64,000 nt of DNA. Source: Vampirovibrionaceae bacterium NZW_1234 (GTDB lineage Bacteria; Cyanobacteriota; Vampirovibrionia; Vampirovibrionales; JAGQHJ01). Positions 18,483 through 27,681 of this stretch are shown here, in pieces. The position numbers and the translations under genes are program-made. Under the pieces are notes generated by a model. That model searched no databases and was not told where the DNA came from. It saw only the letters and a program-made list of their open reading frames with translations. Within the stretch, counting starts at the first letter, position 1, and each line of letters opens with the position of its first letter. The stretch lies in assembly GCA_041697335.1 (NCBI GenBank), contig JBGUGD010000030.1, positions 89,665 to 153,664 of the forward strand. Reading direction: 5' to 3'.

Positions 18483-20606
18483 CTAGGCCAGCGCGGTGTC
18501 TCGGGCGGGCGTGCGATCCACGGCTCGCGCAAAGGCATCAAAGGTGCGCGGCTCCAGGGTCTTGAGCAGGTGTAATTTTAAATGGGTATCCAGGTAGCTC
18601 ACGGCCAGGCCCATATTCAGTTGGCTTTCAATCAGGCGAAACAGTTCCGGATCCCGATCCTTGAGCTGGCGCCGGGTGGCGTTCTCCGAGCCGTTGTAGA
18701 CATCAGGAAAGGCGTCGAGGTAATGGTAGAAGTGATGGGTGTAGATGGCCATCATGGCCGATCCGCCGTTGGCCAGGTATTCGAAGCGGTTGGTTTTCCC
18801 GTAGTCATCGGTGCGGCGCTTGGCCACGGCGTCGGCATAAAGCCGCTCCAGGCGGCGCAAGAGTTCCGGATCGCGACTGAGCTTGTGGAAATCCACCTGG
18901 TGCCAAATTTCGTGGGTAAAGGTGTTATGGCCCTGGCTGCTAATCTGGTTCTTGACTGTGACGGCCCCGTTCCATTCATGGGCGTAGCCGGCAATGCTCA
19001 GTTCATTGAGGCGGCCGCTGGTGCCTCGGACGCCGAATTCCCGCTTGTAGTTTGTGTAGTCCGAAACATAGCGATCGCTGATGAAGTGGCGGCGGCCTTC
19101 ATTGACAATGCGCTCGATGATGGGCTGGATGGGAATTAACGTCCGATCGACCGCGTTGAGTTGTTGCACACTGAGGCGGTCTTCGCCGATGAGAAAGCGT
19201 TTGCGAAGGTCTTTGTACTGTTTGGCGGCGTCGCCTTCGAGGAACTTCTTGATGTAAAAGTCCGGCTCGTTCAGGTTCTCCTGGAGCTTGATGGTCATGG
19301 CTTTGGCCGCATAGCGGGTGCGCTCCACCCGGTCGTAGGTGGCGGCGGTTTTTTCCGGAAGGGTCTGATCGGCAAAGCGCTTTAAGGTGTCCAAGACCTG
19401 CTTCTCGTCAACCGGCTTCATTTCAGCCAGGGAATACAGCGCCATTTCCTGGGTGGCCGGGGTGTGTTTAGTGTCGTTGAGGATGCCCAACAGATGATTC
19501 AGGTTGTCCCGGTTGGGGGTGCGCCCCAGGATCCAGGCCAGGGTTTGCTGGGTCTGCGGGTGCCCCTCGGCAGACAGGTAGGTCCCCACGGTTTTGGCCA
19601 TATTGGGGTCTTCCAGCATGGACAACAGGACCAGATGAAAACGTTGCTCGGCCCGGCGTTCAGCGGAACCTTCCGTGGCCTTTAGACTTTCATGCACCTG
19701 AGTCCGGAAGCCTTCCCATTGGGGGAGCTTGGGGGCCACGGCATAGAGCCAGCGCATGTTGCGCATGGCTTCAAACTTGGTCTCGCTCACCGGGGTTTTG
19801 AAGTAGCGGTTGGCCGAGCGCTCGAAGGTGGCTTTTTGCTGGGCTTCGGTGAGGTGGTTGAACACCCGGTTTAAGAGGTAATGGCCGTTGGTCTGGATTT
19901 GGGCGTTGGGGTTGGCATCGAGAATGGCCGTAACCGGTTCATACAGCTGCCCTGGGATATCATCAAGAAGCGGGTTTTTGCCCAGGGTGTCGGCCAGGAT
20001 GTCCTGAAGCCCGCTCATGGCTCGGATGCGGGTTTCGGTGTCAAAGCGCTTTCGATCGCCGGTGCGGGTCAGATCGTTGGTGAGGGTCATGCTTTGATCG
20101 TCATAGAAGCGCACGCGGCTAGGTGCCGGGGCTTTGATGTCGTCCAGCATCCGATGGGCCCAGAGGCTATGCACCACGTACTGGTAGGTGCGGCTGCCGT
20201 CACGGGCCTCGTTGATCCAGAAGTGATAGGAATTGGCAAAATTGGCGTGCTCCTGGGCCCGTTCTGCCGAGCCTGGGACGGTGGCTTCCACCCGTTGGTA
20301 CCATTGGTCCATCTCCTTGGCCCACTGAATCTGGTTGGCTGACAGGGTGCCATCACCGGTCTGGGTGGTTGCCCCTTTGGTGTCGGCGGGCGCCGGGGCT
20401 GCGGGCATCCGGCTGGGTGCCACGCCGTTTAAGGGCATCGGGCGACTGCTGGTCGTTGGTGCCGGACTGGGGCCATGGGGACCGTCGTGGCCCCGGCTGG
20501 TGTTGGCAGCCCAAGGGGCCAGGGCCAAGCATGTCCAGAGCAGGGCTTTTCCAAAAGGCCTTCCCGTTGTGGCTTTTTTGCCGAAGCGAAGGTCTACCCG
20601 GTCCAT
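18483..20606 (-). CDS. secreted HExxH protein (putative zinc metallopeptidase or toxin-like), family unknown
   Basis: A signal-peptide-like N-terminus (MDRVDLRFGKK...ALLWTCLALAPWAA). A Pro/Ala/Thr-rich linker follows, then a large domain of about 600 aa. HEIWHQVDFH lies near the C-terminus, followed by ...NRFEYLANGG, a possible gluzincin third ligand. The start codon is uncertain (20744, 20699 or 20606). Confidence 0.55.
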   Translation of the reverse strand: MDRVDLRFGKKATTGRPFGKALLWTCLALAPWAANTSRGHDGPHGPSPAPTTSSRPMPLNGVAPSRMPAAPAPADTKGATTQTGDGTLSANQIQWAKEMDQWYQRVEATVPGSAERAQEHANFANSYHFWINEARDGSRTYQYVVHSLWAHRMLDDIKAPAPSRVRFYDDQSMTLTNDLTRTGDRKRFDTETRIRAMSGLQDILADTLGKNPLLDDIPGQLYEPVTAILDANPNAQIQTNGHYLLNRVFNHLTEAQQKATFERSANRYFKTPVSETKFEAMRNMRWLYAVAPKLPQWEGFRTQVHESLKATEGSAERRAEQRFHLVLLSMLEDPNMAKTVGTYLSAEGHPQTQQTLAWILGRTPNRDNLNHLLGILNDTKHTPATQEMALYSLAEMKPVDEKQVLDTLKRFADQTLPEKTAATYDRVERTRYAAKAMTIKLQENLNEPDFYIKKFLEGDAAKQYKDLRKRFLIGEDRLSVQQLNAVDRTLIPIQPIIERIVNEGRRHFISDRYVSDYTNYKREFGVRGTSGRLNELSIAGYAHEWNGAVTVKNQISSQGHNTFTHEIWHQVDFHKLSRDPELLRRLERLYADAVAKRRTDDYGKTNRFEYLANGGSAMMAIYTHHFYHYLDAFPDVYNGSENATRRQLKDRDPELFRLIESQLNMGLAVSYLDTHLKLHLLKTLEPRTFDAFARAVDRTPARDTALA

Positions 20607-20944
20607 CGAGCCGGGTATGGCTGGAGTCGTCCTGGGGCGACCTGCCTTGAATGTCTCATGTCGTTTTTCCCTGGCCGCCGCTGCCAATGGCAGGTGCATG
20701 CCCAATCCCAATTTGTCCATACGAGTCGTTCCCCAACCTATCAAATAAACGGTGTAAACCGGGTATAAACCATCCCAACTTTGTTTAGAAAAGCATCAAA
20801 TCTGATGCGGAAGAACCTGTATCATTGGACAAAGGCTCAGTGGTGTCAAGCCCGTAGGATGCGGATTTTGCGTAATTGTAACGGTTGACCCTGACGCGCA
20901 CGCAAAGGGTTGAATCCATGAGACATCTGGGCTAAAGTACCCCT

Positions 20945-22309
20945 ATGGTTTCAACAGATGTCTCAACCTTAAACGACTATTCTAAACCGGAGTCGACTTC
21001 GACGGACGGGCCGAAAAAGATTGGCTTTGTGCATTTGGGGTGCCCCAAGAACCTGGTGGACACCGAAAACATGCTGGGCCTGCTCAGCCATGCCGGACAC
21101 CAGATTGTGGGCGACGAGTCGGAAGCCGACGTGATGCTGGTGAACACCTGCTCCTTTATCGACAAGGCCCAGGAGGAGTCGGTGCGCAACCTGGTGCATC
21201 TGGCCGAAGCGGGGAAGAAGATCATTATCACCGGGTGCCTGTCGCAAAAGTATCAGGATGAGCTTCTGGACCTGATTCCCGAGGCCGATGCCGTGGTGGG
21301 GACCGGGGACCTTGATAAGATTGTGGATGTGGTGGACCGGGTTAACCGCGGGGAGCGGGTCATCTCCATTACCCAGGACCCGACCTACATTCTGGAAGAC
21401 GACAGCAAGCGGATGCACATCACGGTGGGCTCCTATGTCTACGTCAAGATTGCCGAAGGCTGCGATTACCGTTGTTCCTTCTGTATCATTCCCTCTATGC
21501 GGGGCGATTTCCGAAGCCGGACCCTGACGTCCATTGTGGATGATGCCAAGCGCTTCGTCGAAAAAGGGGTTTCCGAGATTATTTTGGTGGGACAGGACAC
21601 CACCAGCTATGGCAAGGACTGTGACAGCAACCTTCCGGCCTTGTTGCGGGCCTTGAACGAGGTCGACGGCCTCCAGTGGATCCGCTTTATGTATGCCTAC
21701 CCCAATCTGGTGAGCGATGAGCTGCTGGAGACCATTGCCGAGTGTGACAAGCTGGTCAAGTACATGGATTGTCCCTTGCAGCACATGCATCCTGAGGTCT
21801 TGCGCCGGATGCGCCGACCCGTGATGGATCACGTGGCCTTTGCCGAGCGGGTTCGTGCCAAAGTTCCGGACATTCGTCTGAGAACAGGGCTGATTGTCGG
21901 CTTCCCCGGGGAAACCGAAGCCCACTTCGAGTATTTGCTGGACACCATTCAGCAGGTCGAGTTCGATCGCCTGGGTGTGTTTGAATACTCTGATGTGGAA
22001 GGGGCCCACAGCCGAGGTCTGGATGGCAAGGTGCCCAAGAAGGAGATTGCCCGCCGTCGCAAAGCCGTGATGGAAGTCCAGCAGCAGATTTCCCTGCGCA
22101 AGAACCAGGCCTTGATCGGCCAGGTGCTGCCGGTGCTGGTGGACACGGCTGATCCCAACCGAAACACCTTTGAAGGTCGCACCCAGTGGGATGCCCCCGA
22201 GATTGACAACCGGGTGCTGGGCAAAGGCCCTGCTGTTCCGGGCGAAATTGTCCAATTTGAAGTGCAGTCCGTGACGCCCTACGATTTGAAAGGCATCGCC
22301 TTGTTCTAG
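20945..22309 (+). CDS. rimO: ribosomal protein S12 methylthiotransferase RimO (MiaB-family radical SAM)
   Basis: The MTTase N-domain cysteines (HLGCPKN...NTCSF), the radical-SAM CDYRCSFCIIP motif, and a C-terminal TRAM domain. 454 aa. Confidence 0.9.
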   Translation: MVSTDVSTLNDYSKPESTSTDGPKKIGFVHLGCPKNLVDTENMLGLLSHAGHQIVGDESEADVMLVNTCSFIDKAQEESVRNLVHLAEAGKKIIITGCLSQKYQDELLDLIPEADAVVGTGDLDKIVDVVDRVNRGERVISITQDPTYILEDDSKRMHITVGSYVYVKIAEGCDYRCSFCIIPSMRGDFRSRTLTSIVDDAKRFVEKGVSEIILVGQDTTSYGKDCDSNLPALLRALNEVDGLQWIRFMYAYPNLVSDELLETIAECDKLVKYMDCPLQHMHPEVLRRMRRPVMDHVAFAERVRAKVPDIRLRTGLIVGFPGETEAHFEYLLDTIQQVEFDRLGVFEYSDVEGAHSRGLDGKVPKKEIARRRKAVMEVQQQISLRKNQALIGQVLPVLVDTADPNRNTFEGRTQWDAPEIDNRVLGKGPAVPGEIVQFEVQSVTPYDLKGIALF

Positions 22310-22378
22310 GGGCTGGAGTCTGCGACACGACGGTTTCATTTTTTGACTCGTGTTGACGCTGTTTGGCGTTTGCGGTCG

Positions 22379-23080
22379 TCAGGATGCGGCGCCGGTGGCG
22401 TCGGTCGGCTCAAGGAGATGGGCGGCTTTTTCCCAAAGATCCCAGTAGGTGAGGGTTGATATCGGTTTTTTGACTCGATTTGACTCATGTGGAGTGGGCT
22501 GTGGCGGCATTAGGGTCATGGTGCCCAGGGGGTCGGGGCGTTGTGTGGTCGGGCCGACGGTTACTGGCTCAGGTGCTGTGGGCGCGGGGGTGTTTGTTGA
22601 GGCGACTTCAGTGCCGGGTTGTGGTTCCACGGTTGCGGGTGGGGCTGGTGCTTCGTCGGTTGCATCCGAATCGGTCTCAGTCCACTCCTCGGTCCCTGGG
22701 GCTATGGGGGTATTGTAGGTCTCAATGACTTCCTTGATACGGTTTGGTGCAGGCAAGGCCATGGTGAGGGCCGCACGCACGATGGGACTCGGGATACGAT
22801 CCAGGGCATGCCAGTTCAAGGAGCCGTCGGCGTTTAAGAGAGCGTCCAGAATTTTCCCCAGGACGGCCATGGCTTTTTGGGAAAGCTCCCGCTGGGTCTC
22901 CAGCATCTCCTCTGCCACCTGGGTTCGGATTTCTTCACGCCGGGTGTACCATCCTTGGCGGGTCACGATGTTTCGGATCTGTTTGGGCGAGAGTCCAAAG
23001 CGCTTGGCCAAGTGTCTTGGGGCGGCCCCTGCCATATAGGCCCGTTGGACTTCGGTCCAATCGATGGTGGATGCAGTCAT
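22379..23080 (-). CDS. HTH DNA-binding protein with a Pro/Thr/Ala-rich linker and a small C-terminal domain (possibly a phage or mobile-element-derived regulator, or terS-like)
   Basis: The N-terminus LAKRFGLSPKQIRNIV is a helix-turn-helix. A low-complexity APAPPATVEPQPGTEV...PAPTAPEP linker follows. A GGAGG RBS is 5 nt upstream of the ATG. An operator palindrome and TATAAT lie immediately upstream. Confidence 0.55.
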   Translation of the reverse strand: MTASTIDWTEVQRAYMAGAAPRHLAKRFGLSPKQIRNIVTRQGWYTRREEIRTQVAEEMLETQRELSQKAMAVLGKILDALLNADGSLNWHALDRIPSPIVRAALTMALPAPNRIKEVIETYNTPIAPGTEEWTETDSDATDEAPAPPATVEPQPGTEVASTNTPAPTAPEPVTVGPTTQRPDPLGTMTLMPPQPTPHESNRVKKPISTLTYWDLWEKAAHLLEPTDATGAAS

Positions 23081-23109
23081 AAAAACCTCCTGTATGTCTC
23101 TAGTACCCG

Positions 23110-23136
23110 ATGAGACCGTGTCTCATGGGTATTATA
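23110..23136 (-). promoter_or_regulatory. -10 box plus perfect 7-3-7 palindromic operator in the promoter of the HTH gene
   Basis: On the minus strand, TATAAT (23136-23131) is followed 4 nt later by ATGAGAC-cgt-GTCTCAT (23126-23110). The element lies about 30-55 nt upstream of the start codon at 23080. Confidence 0.55.
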
Positions 23137-23644
23137 TCTTTTTTATATCCTAAAACCCGGCATTTTAAGACAATCTTAAGATTTAAGATCGTGAAAAGGC
23201 CTTTTAGGCAAGGGTTTTTTAGATTTATATAGGTTAGAAGCCCTGTATTTTCGGTTTTCTTGTGGCGTTATTGGGCTGTGATGAACTAATATCAGAAGGC
23301 TTGCTCGGGTGGATGAGGAGCGCATGAGGGTGTCGAGCGCGGTGTTGATGGGGCCACCTTCATAACCACTACCAGACATCGCTATCACTCAGAACCGCTT
23401 GGGGCTTGATACTGTTGCGTGAGCTTCTACCAGCACCCTCATGCCCCCTTATGGGGTCTAAACCACACCAGGGCGGTAAAAAAGGATCTCCTAACCCGAT
23501 GGGTAATGGGCCAATGGGGAGGGGGAGGCTGGACCAACGGGCAATGTGAGGGGGGCTGGACGCGGGATGATGGGGACAGACGATGAGAGACAGACCGCCC
23601 TGGCTCCGGGCCAAGGGCGATGCATACAAGGAGAATTCCCCGCC

Positions 23645-23929
23645 ATGTCCATTACCAGCCCTCGCTTTCACGGTGCCTTTACCTATATTCGGACCTTTTC
23701 CCGGGAGAAGCAGGAACCCCCGGTACCCCACGGCATTGCCGAAGAAGATTTGGAGGCCCTTCGCCATGAGGTGGAAAAGGTCTATAAGCCGGTAAAAGTC
23801 AAAACCCATCCCCATCAAAACCCCACATTCCTCCTAACCGTAGGCGATCCCCTGGAAGTGCACCAGGCCGATACCTTTATCAAAAATCGCTTGCAGCATC
23901 AGGGTGTTCATCTGCACTACGATGCCTGA
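23645..23929 (+). CDS. hypothetical protein (94 aa)
   Basis: The ATG at 23645 is preceded by AAGGAG. A clean terminator follows. I recognise no motif. The longer upstream ORF from 23546 has no RBS. Confidence 0.4.
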   Translation: MSITSPRFHGAFTYIRTFSREKQEPPVPHGIAEEDLEALRHEVEKVYKPVKVKTHPHQNPTFLLTVGDPLEVHQADTFIKNRLQHQGVHLHYDA

Positions 23930-23953
23930 CGAAAACAGACTCACGTTATCAAG

Positions 23954-23990
23954 ACGTTGATCCCTGGAGGCTGGATACGGGCTCTCCAGG
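23954..23990 (+). terminator. rho-independent terminator
   Basis: ccctggag-N14-ctccaggg is followed by TTTTCTT, and lies 25 nt after the stop of the 23645..23929 ORF. Confidence 0.7.
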
Positions 23991-24290
23991 GTTTTCTTCT
24001 GGAGTGCCAGAGGATGCTTTCAAATTTTCAGCACGGTTTTATCGCCAATTCAGGCAGGGGCTTTCTCCAACACTCATGTCCTCTCGAACTGGCGCGAGGT
24101 GCCATGGCATCGGTTCCACTTCAGTGACGGGTGTTCTCCCTCGATAGAGGCATAAAACCCGAAATGCCCAGGATTTTGTCTGATTTTTTTATTCAGGTTA
24201 TCAGGGATTGCACCTGAAACGGCGTGGCGTGGTGCCATGGTTCGGTCAAAACGCCCGGATAGCCGGGAGGTGTAGCGATGTTACGGAGGG

Positions 24291-26321
24291 TTACGATTTT
24301 TTGGGCTTGCCTTTATAGGCCGGGTCGGCTTTCATCAGCGCCTTCATGGCCAGCATCTGGTCGCGAAGCTGGGCGGCACGTTCAAAGTCCAGCATCTTGG
24401 CCGCATCTCGCATCTGAAGTTCAATTTCTTCAATGAGCAGGGGCAGCTTGTCCTCGCCGATTTCGGCAATCTCGTCTTTCAGCGCCTGGGTCGATTCTTC
24501 TTCGGCTTCCTGCATCAGGCCCACAATGTCCAGCAGATTGTTGGTCATCTTTTTTTCGATGGTTCTCGGCGTAATGCCATGCATTTCGTTGTAGGCCATC
24601 TGCAATTCCCGGCGGCGGTTGGTTTCCTGAATGGCCTTTTGCATGGCCTGGGTCATGGTGTCGGCATAGAGAATGACCCGGCCGTTTGAGTTTCGGGCGG
24701 CCCGGCCAATGGTTTGAATCAAGCTGGCTTCGGAACGGAGAAACCCTTCTTTGTCGGCATCCATAATGGCCACCAAGGTGACTTCGGGGAGATCCAGACC
24801 TTCTCTAAGCAGGTTGACCCCGATCAGGACGTCAAACTCACCCAGGCGCAGGTCTCTAAGGATGCTGACCCGCTCCAGGGATTTGATATCGCTGTGCAGG
24901 TACTGCACCCGAATGTTGAGGTTCTTGAAATACTCGGTCAGATCTTCGGCCATGCGTTTGGTCAGGGTGGTGATGAGGACCCGCTCATCCCGGCTGACCC
25001 GGGCCCGGATTTCGGCCATCAGATCGTCCACCTGGTGGGCCGTGGGGCGTACCGAGATTTCAGGGTCCAAGAGCCCCGTGGGGCGGATGATCTGCTCGGC
25101 AATCTGCTGGGACTCGCCCACTTCAAATTTCCCCGGGGTGGCTGAAACATAGATCCGCTGCCCGACCCGCTGCCAGAACTCATCAATATTCAAGGGGCGG
25201 TTGTCCCGGGCACAGGGCAGGCGAAACCCGTAGTCCACCAGGCTGTCCTTGCGGGACCGGTCGCCATGGTACATGCCGCGTAACTGGGGCAGGGTGACGT
25301 GAGACTCGTCGATGAACAGGAGAAAGTCCTTGGGGAAGTAGTCCAAGAGCGTCATCGGCGGTGTGCCGGGGGCCCGGTTCTCAAAAATTCGGGAATAGTT
25401 CTCGATGCCGTTGCAATAGCCCACTTCCCGAATCATCTCGATGTCTCGCCACGTGCGCTGCTCCAGACGCTGGGCTTCTAGCTGCTTTCCGGCATAGCGT
25501 AATTCGGCAAGGCGCACCTCCAGTTCCTGCTGGATCTGAAAAATGGCCCGCGTCAGGTCATCGGTGGTGGCCACATAGTGAATGGCCGGATAAATAACGG
25601 CTTCCTCGCTGAACTCAATAATTTCCCCGGTCGAGGCATCCAGGACCGAAATGCGCTCCACGTCATCGCCGAAAAACTCGATGCGGATAACCCGTTCTTC
25701 ATAGGCCGGTTGGATTTCCACGACATCGCCCCGGGCTCGAAAGCAGGAGCGCTGAAGATCCAGGTCCTGGCGAACGTATTGGATGCGCACCAATTGGCGA
25801 AGCAGCTCGTCCCGATCTAAGGTGTCCCCCACATGAAGGCGGATGGCTGCTTTAAAGTAGTTTTGGGGCAAGCCTAAGCCGTAAATACAACTGACACTCG
25901 CCACCACGACAACGTCCCGGCGTTCAAACAGGCTGCGAGTGGTACTGTGGCGAAGCCGGTCGATTTCATCGTTGATTTGGGCTTCTTTTTCAATATAAGT
26001 GTCGGTGCGGGCAATATAGGCTTCCGGCTGGTAATAGTCGTAGTAGCTGATGAAGTATTCCACCGCGTTTTCGGGGAAGAAGGCTTTTAGCTCGTTGTAG
26101 AGCTGCGCGGCCAGGGTCTTGTTATGGGCAATGACCAGCGTGGGGCGCTGGACCTGCTGAATGACGTTGGCCATGGTGAAGGTTTTTCCCGAACCCGTGA
26201 CCCCTAGCAGGGTTTGGGTTTCCAGGCCCGTATTAAGGCCGTCGACCAGCTTGGTGATCGCCTGGGGTTGATCCCCGGACGGGGCGTACTCACAGATGAG
26301 TTGGAAGGGTTTGTCTTTCAT
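24291..26321 (-). CDS. uvrB: excinuclease ABC subunit B
   Basis: 676 aa. The Walker A is [10 protein letters not shown]. It has the helicase motifs, the beta-hairpin region and the C-terminal UvrB/UvrC interaction domain ([11 protein letters not shown]). Confidence 0.95.
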   Translation of the reverse strand: MKDKPFQLICEYAPSGDQPQAITKLVDGLNTGLETQTLLGVTGSGKTFTMANVIQQVQRPTLVIAHNKTLAAQLYNELKAFFPENAVEYFISYYDYYQPEAYIARTDTYIEKEAQINDEIDRLRHSTTRSLFERRDVVVVASVSCIYGLGLPQNYFKAAIRLHVGDTLDRDELLRQLVRIQYVRQDLDLQRSCFRARGDVVEIQPAYEERVIRIEFFGDDVERISVLDASTGEIIEFSEEAVIYPAIHYVATTDDLTRAIFQIQQELEVRLAELRYAGKQLEAQRLEQRTWRDIEMIREVGYCNGIENYSRIFENRAPGTPPMTLLDYFPKDFLLFIDESHVTLPQLRGMYHGDRSRKDSLVDYGFRLPCARDNRPLNIDEFWQRVGQRIYVSATPGKFEVGESQQIAEQIIRPTGLLDPEISVRPTAHQVDDLMAEIRARVSRDERVLITTLTKRMAEDLTEYFKNLNIRVQYLHSDIKSLERVSILRDLRLGEFDVLIGVNLLREGLDLPEVTLVAIMDADKEGFLRSEASLIQTIGRAARNSNGRVILYADTMTQAMQKAIQETNRRRELQMAYNEMHGITPRTIEKKMTNNLLDIVGLMQEAEEESTQALKDEIAEIGEDKLPLLIEEIELQMRDAAKMLDFERAAQLRDQMLAMKALMKADPAYKGKPKKS

Positions 26322-26387
26322 AAACCTATCATGCGCCAGGTCAGAAGGGCTTTCAAGAGGCCGGGCGATGGGGCTTGAAAAGCAGGC

Positions 26388-27506
26388 TTAGCGGTTGCCC
26401 AGAATGTAGGTATTAATGTCGTTCCAGAGGATAAAGCACATCAGCCCCATCAACACCACAAAGCTGAACTGGACCACCTTCTCCTGAAGCTCTTTCTTCA
26501 AGGGGTGGCCCTGGAGCTTTTCAATGGCCATAAACAACAGGTGTCCCCCATCCAGCATGGGGACAGGCAGGATGTTCATAATGGCGAGAATCACGCTGAT
26601 GAGGGCCGTAATCACCAGGCCTTCAGGAAGCCCGAAGATCTGAATCATCTGGCCGCCTTGCTTGATAATGCCCACGGGGCCCGAGACTTCTTTGCTGCTG
26701 CGTTTGCCGGTAAAAATTTCACCCATGGCCTGGAAGTTCATCACCATTTTTTCCTGCAAGAACGTGTAGGCCTTAATCAACGGCTCGACCGGAGACGTGA
26801 CGGGTTCGTACTTGTGAAACAGGGACAGGGCAATATCGATTTTTCCTTCGGCGTTAGGCGTGACGTTGACGACCTTTTGCTCGTTGCCGCGCTCGATGGT
26901 CAGCGGGACGGATTTGGTTTTGTTGACCTGGAGGTAGTTGATCAAGGTTTCGGGTTGCTTGATTTCTTCGTCCCCGGCTTTCAAGAAGGTGTCCCCCACC
27001 ATTAGACCGGCCTGGGCCGCAGGAGACTGGGGTGACAGGACTTCTTTGATGTTGACGAAGTAATTGCCGGGATAGCCCCAGACGCTAATGACCAGGACCA
27101 TCAGGAGGTAGCCCATAATGAAGTTGACCGCAACCCCGGCTACGGCGATGGCCGCCCGAGCCCGGACCGGCTTGTTTTCAAAACGCCGGGGGGAGTCCGG
27201 GGGCACGTCGGAGTCCGGGTTGTCATCGGGAAAGGAGACGTAGCCGCCCAAGAGAACCGGGTGCAGGCACAACTTGGTTTCGCCCACCTGTTTTTCCAGG
27301 AGCGTGGGGCCAATGGGCAGACCAAAGCCAAAGCGCTCGACTTTGACGCCGACCTTCTTGGCCACAAAGAAGTGTCCCAACTCGTGTGCCACAATCAAGA
27401 CGCTGATCAGGCCCATCATCAGCAGGTAGCTGCTAAATTGGGGAATGGCAAAAAATCCCCACACCGTCAGGCCGACAAGAATCAGGATGGACAACACTTG
27501 TTTCAT
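26388..27506 (-). CDS. RIP site-2 metalloprotease (RseP/Eep family, M50), single PDZ
   Basis: An N-terminal TM helix with HELGHFFVAKK (HExxH). A central PDZ-like region follows. C-terminal TMs carry an LDGGH-type motif. Confidence 0.85.
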   Translation of the reverse strand: MKQVLSILILVGLTVWGFFAIPQFSSYLLMMGLISVLIVAHELGHFFVAKKVGVKVERFGFGLPIGPTLLEKQVGETKLCLHPVLLGGYVSFPDDNPDSDVPPDSPRRFENKPVRARAAIAVAGVAVNFIMGYLLMVLVISVWGYPGNYFVNIKEVLSPQSPAAQAGLMVGDTFLKAGDEEIKQPETLINYLQVNKTKSVPLTIERGNEQKVVNVTPNAEGKIDIALSLFHKYEPVTSPVEPLIKAYTFLQEKMVMNFQAMGEIFTGKRSSKEVSGPVGIIKQGGQMIQIFGLPEGLVITALISVILAIMNILPVPMLDGGHLLFMAIEKLQGHPLKKELQEKVVQFSFVVLMGLMCFILWNDINTYILGNR

Positions 27507-27681
27507 GGTTCACAATTTCCCTTGTTTCGATTGGTCGTGCCCCCATTGTATCCTATCTGTCGAGGCTTGGGAAATCGCGCCCGAAGCCCTTGCGTAAGCG
27601 ACCTTGCTGGGCTTTTAATGGGGGGGGATTTTTGGTATAACCTGGGATAACCAAACCACACGTCACGTCGAAGGGAGACAT

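Noticed and set aside
20969-22339. 456-aa antisense ORF covering rimO, and similar long antisense ORFs (27994..29301 opposite asnS, 11383..11919 and 12090..12596 opposite fliD, 31897..32358 and 32593..33516 opposite the AddB-like gene)
   Set aside because: The sense-strand genes carry unambiguous family motifs (radical-SAM CxxxCxxC, class-II aaRS motifs). The antisense frames are the usual high-GC artefacts, with no RBS and low-complexity Arg/Gly/Pro-rich products.
23323-23443. 10-bp inverted repeat CATGAGGGTG / CACCCTCATG separated by about 100 nt
   Set aside because: Matches of this length and spacing are expected by chance several times in 64 kb. No T-run or other supporting structure is present.
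26322-26387. CCAGGTCAGAAGGG resembling the SRP/4.5S RNA domain IV core
   Set aside because: The interval is only 66 nt between uvrB and the M50 protease gene, and the flanking sequence does not continue the conserved GGAAGCAGCCAAGGCAG helix.
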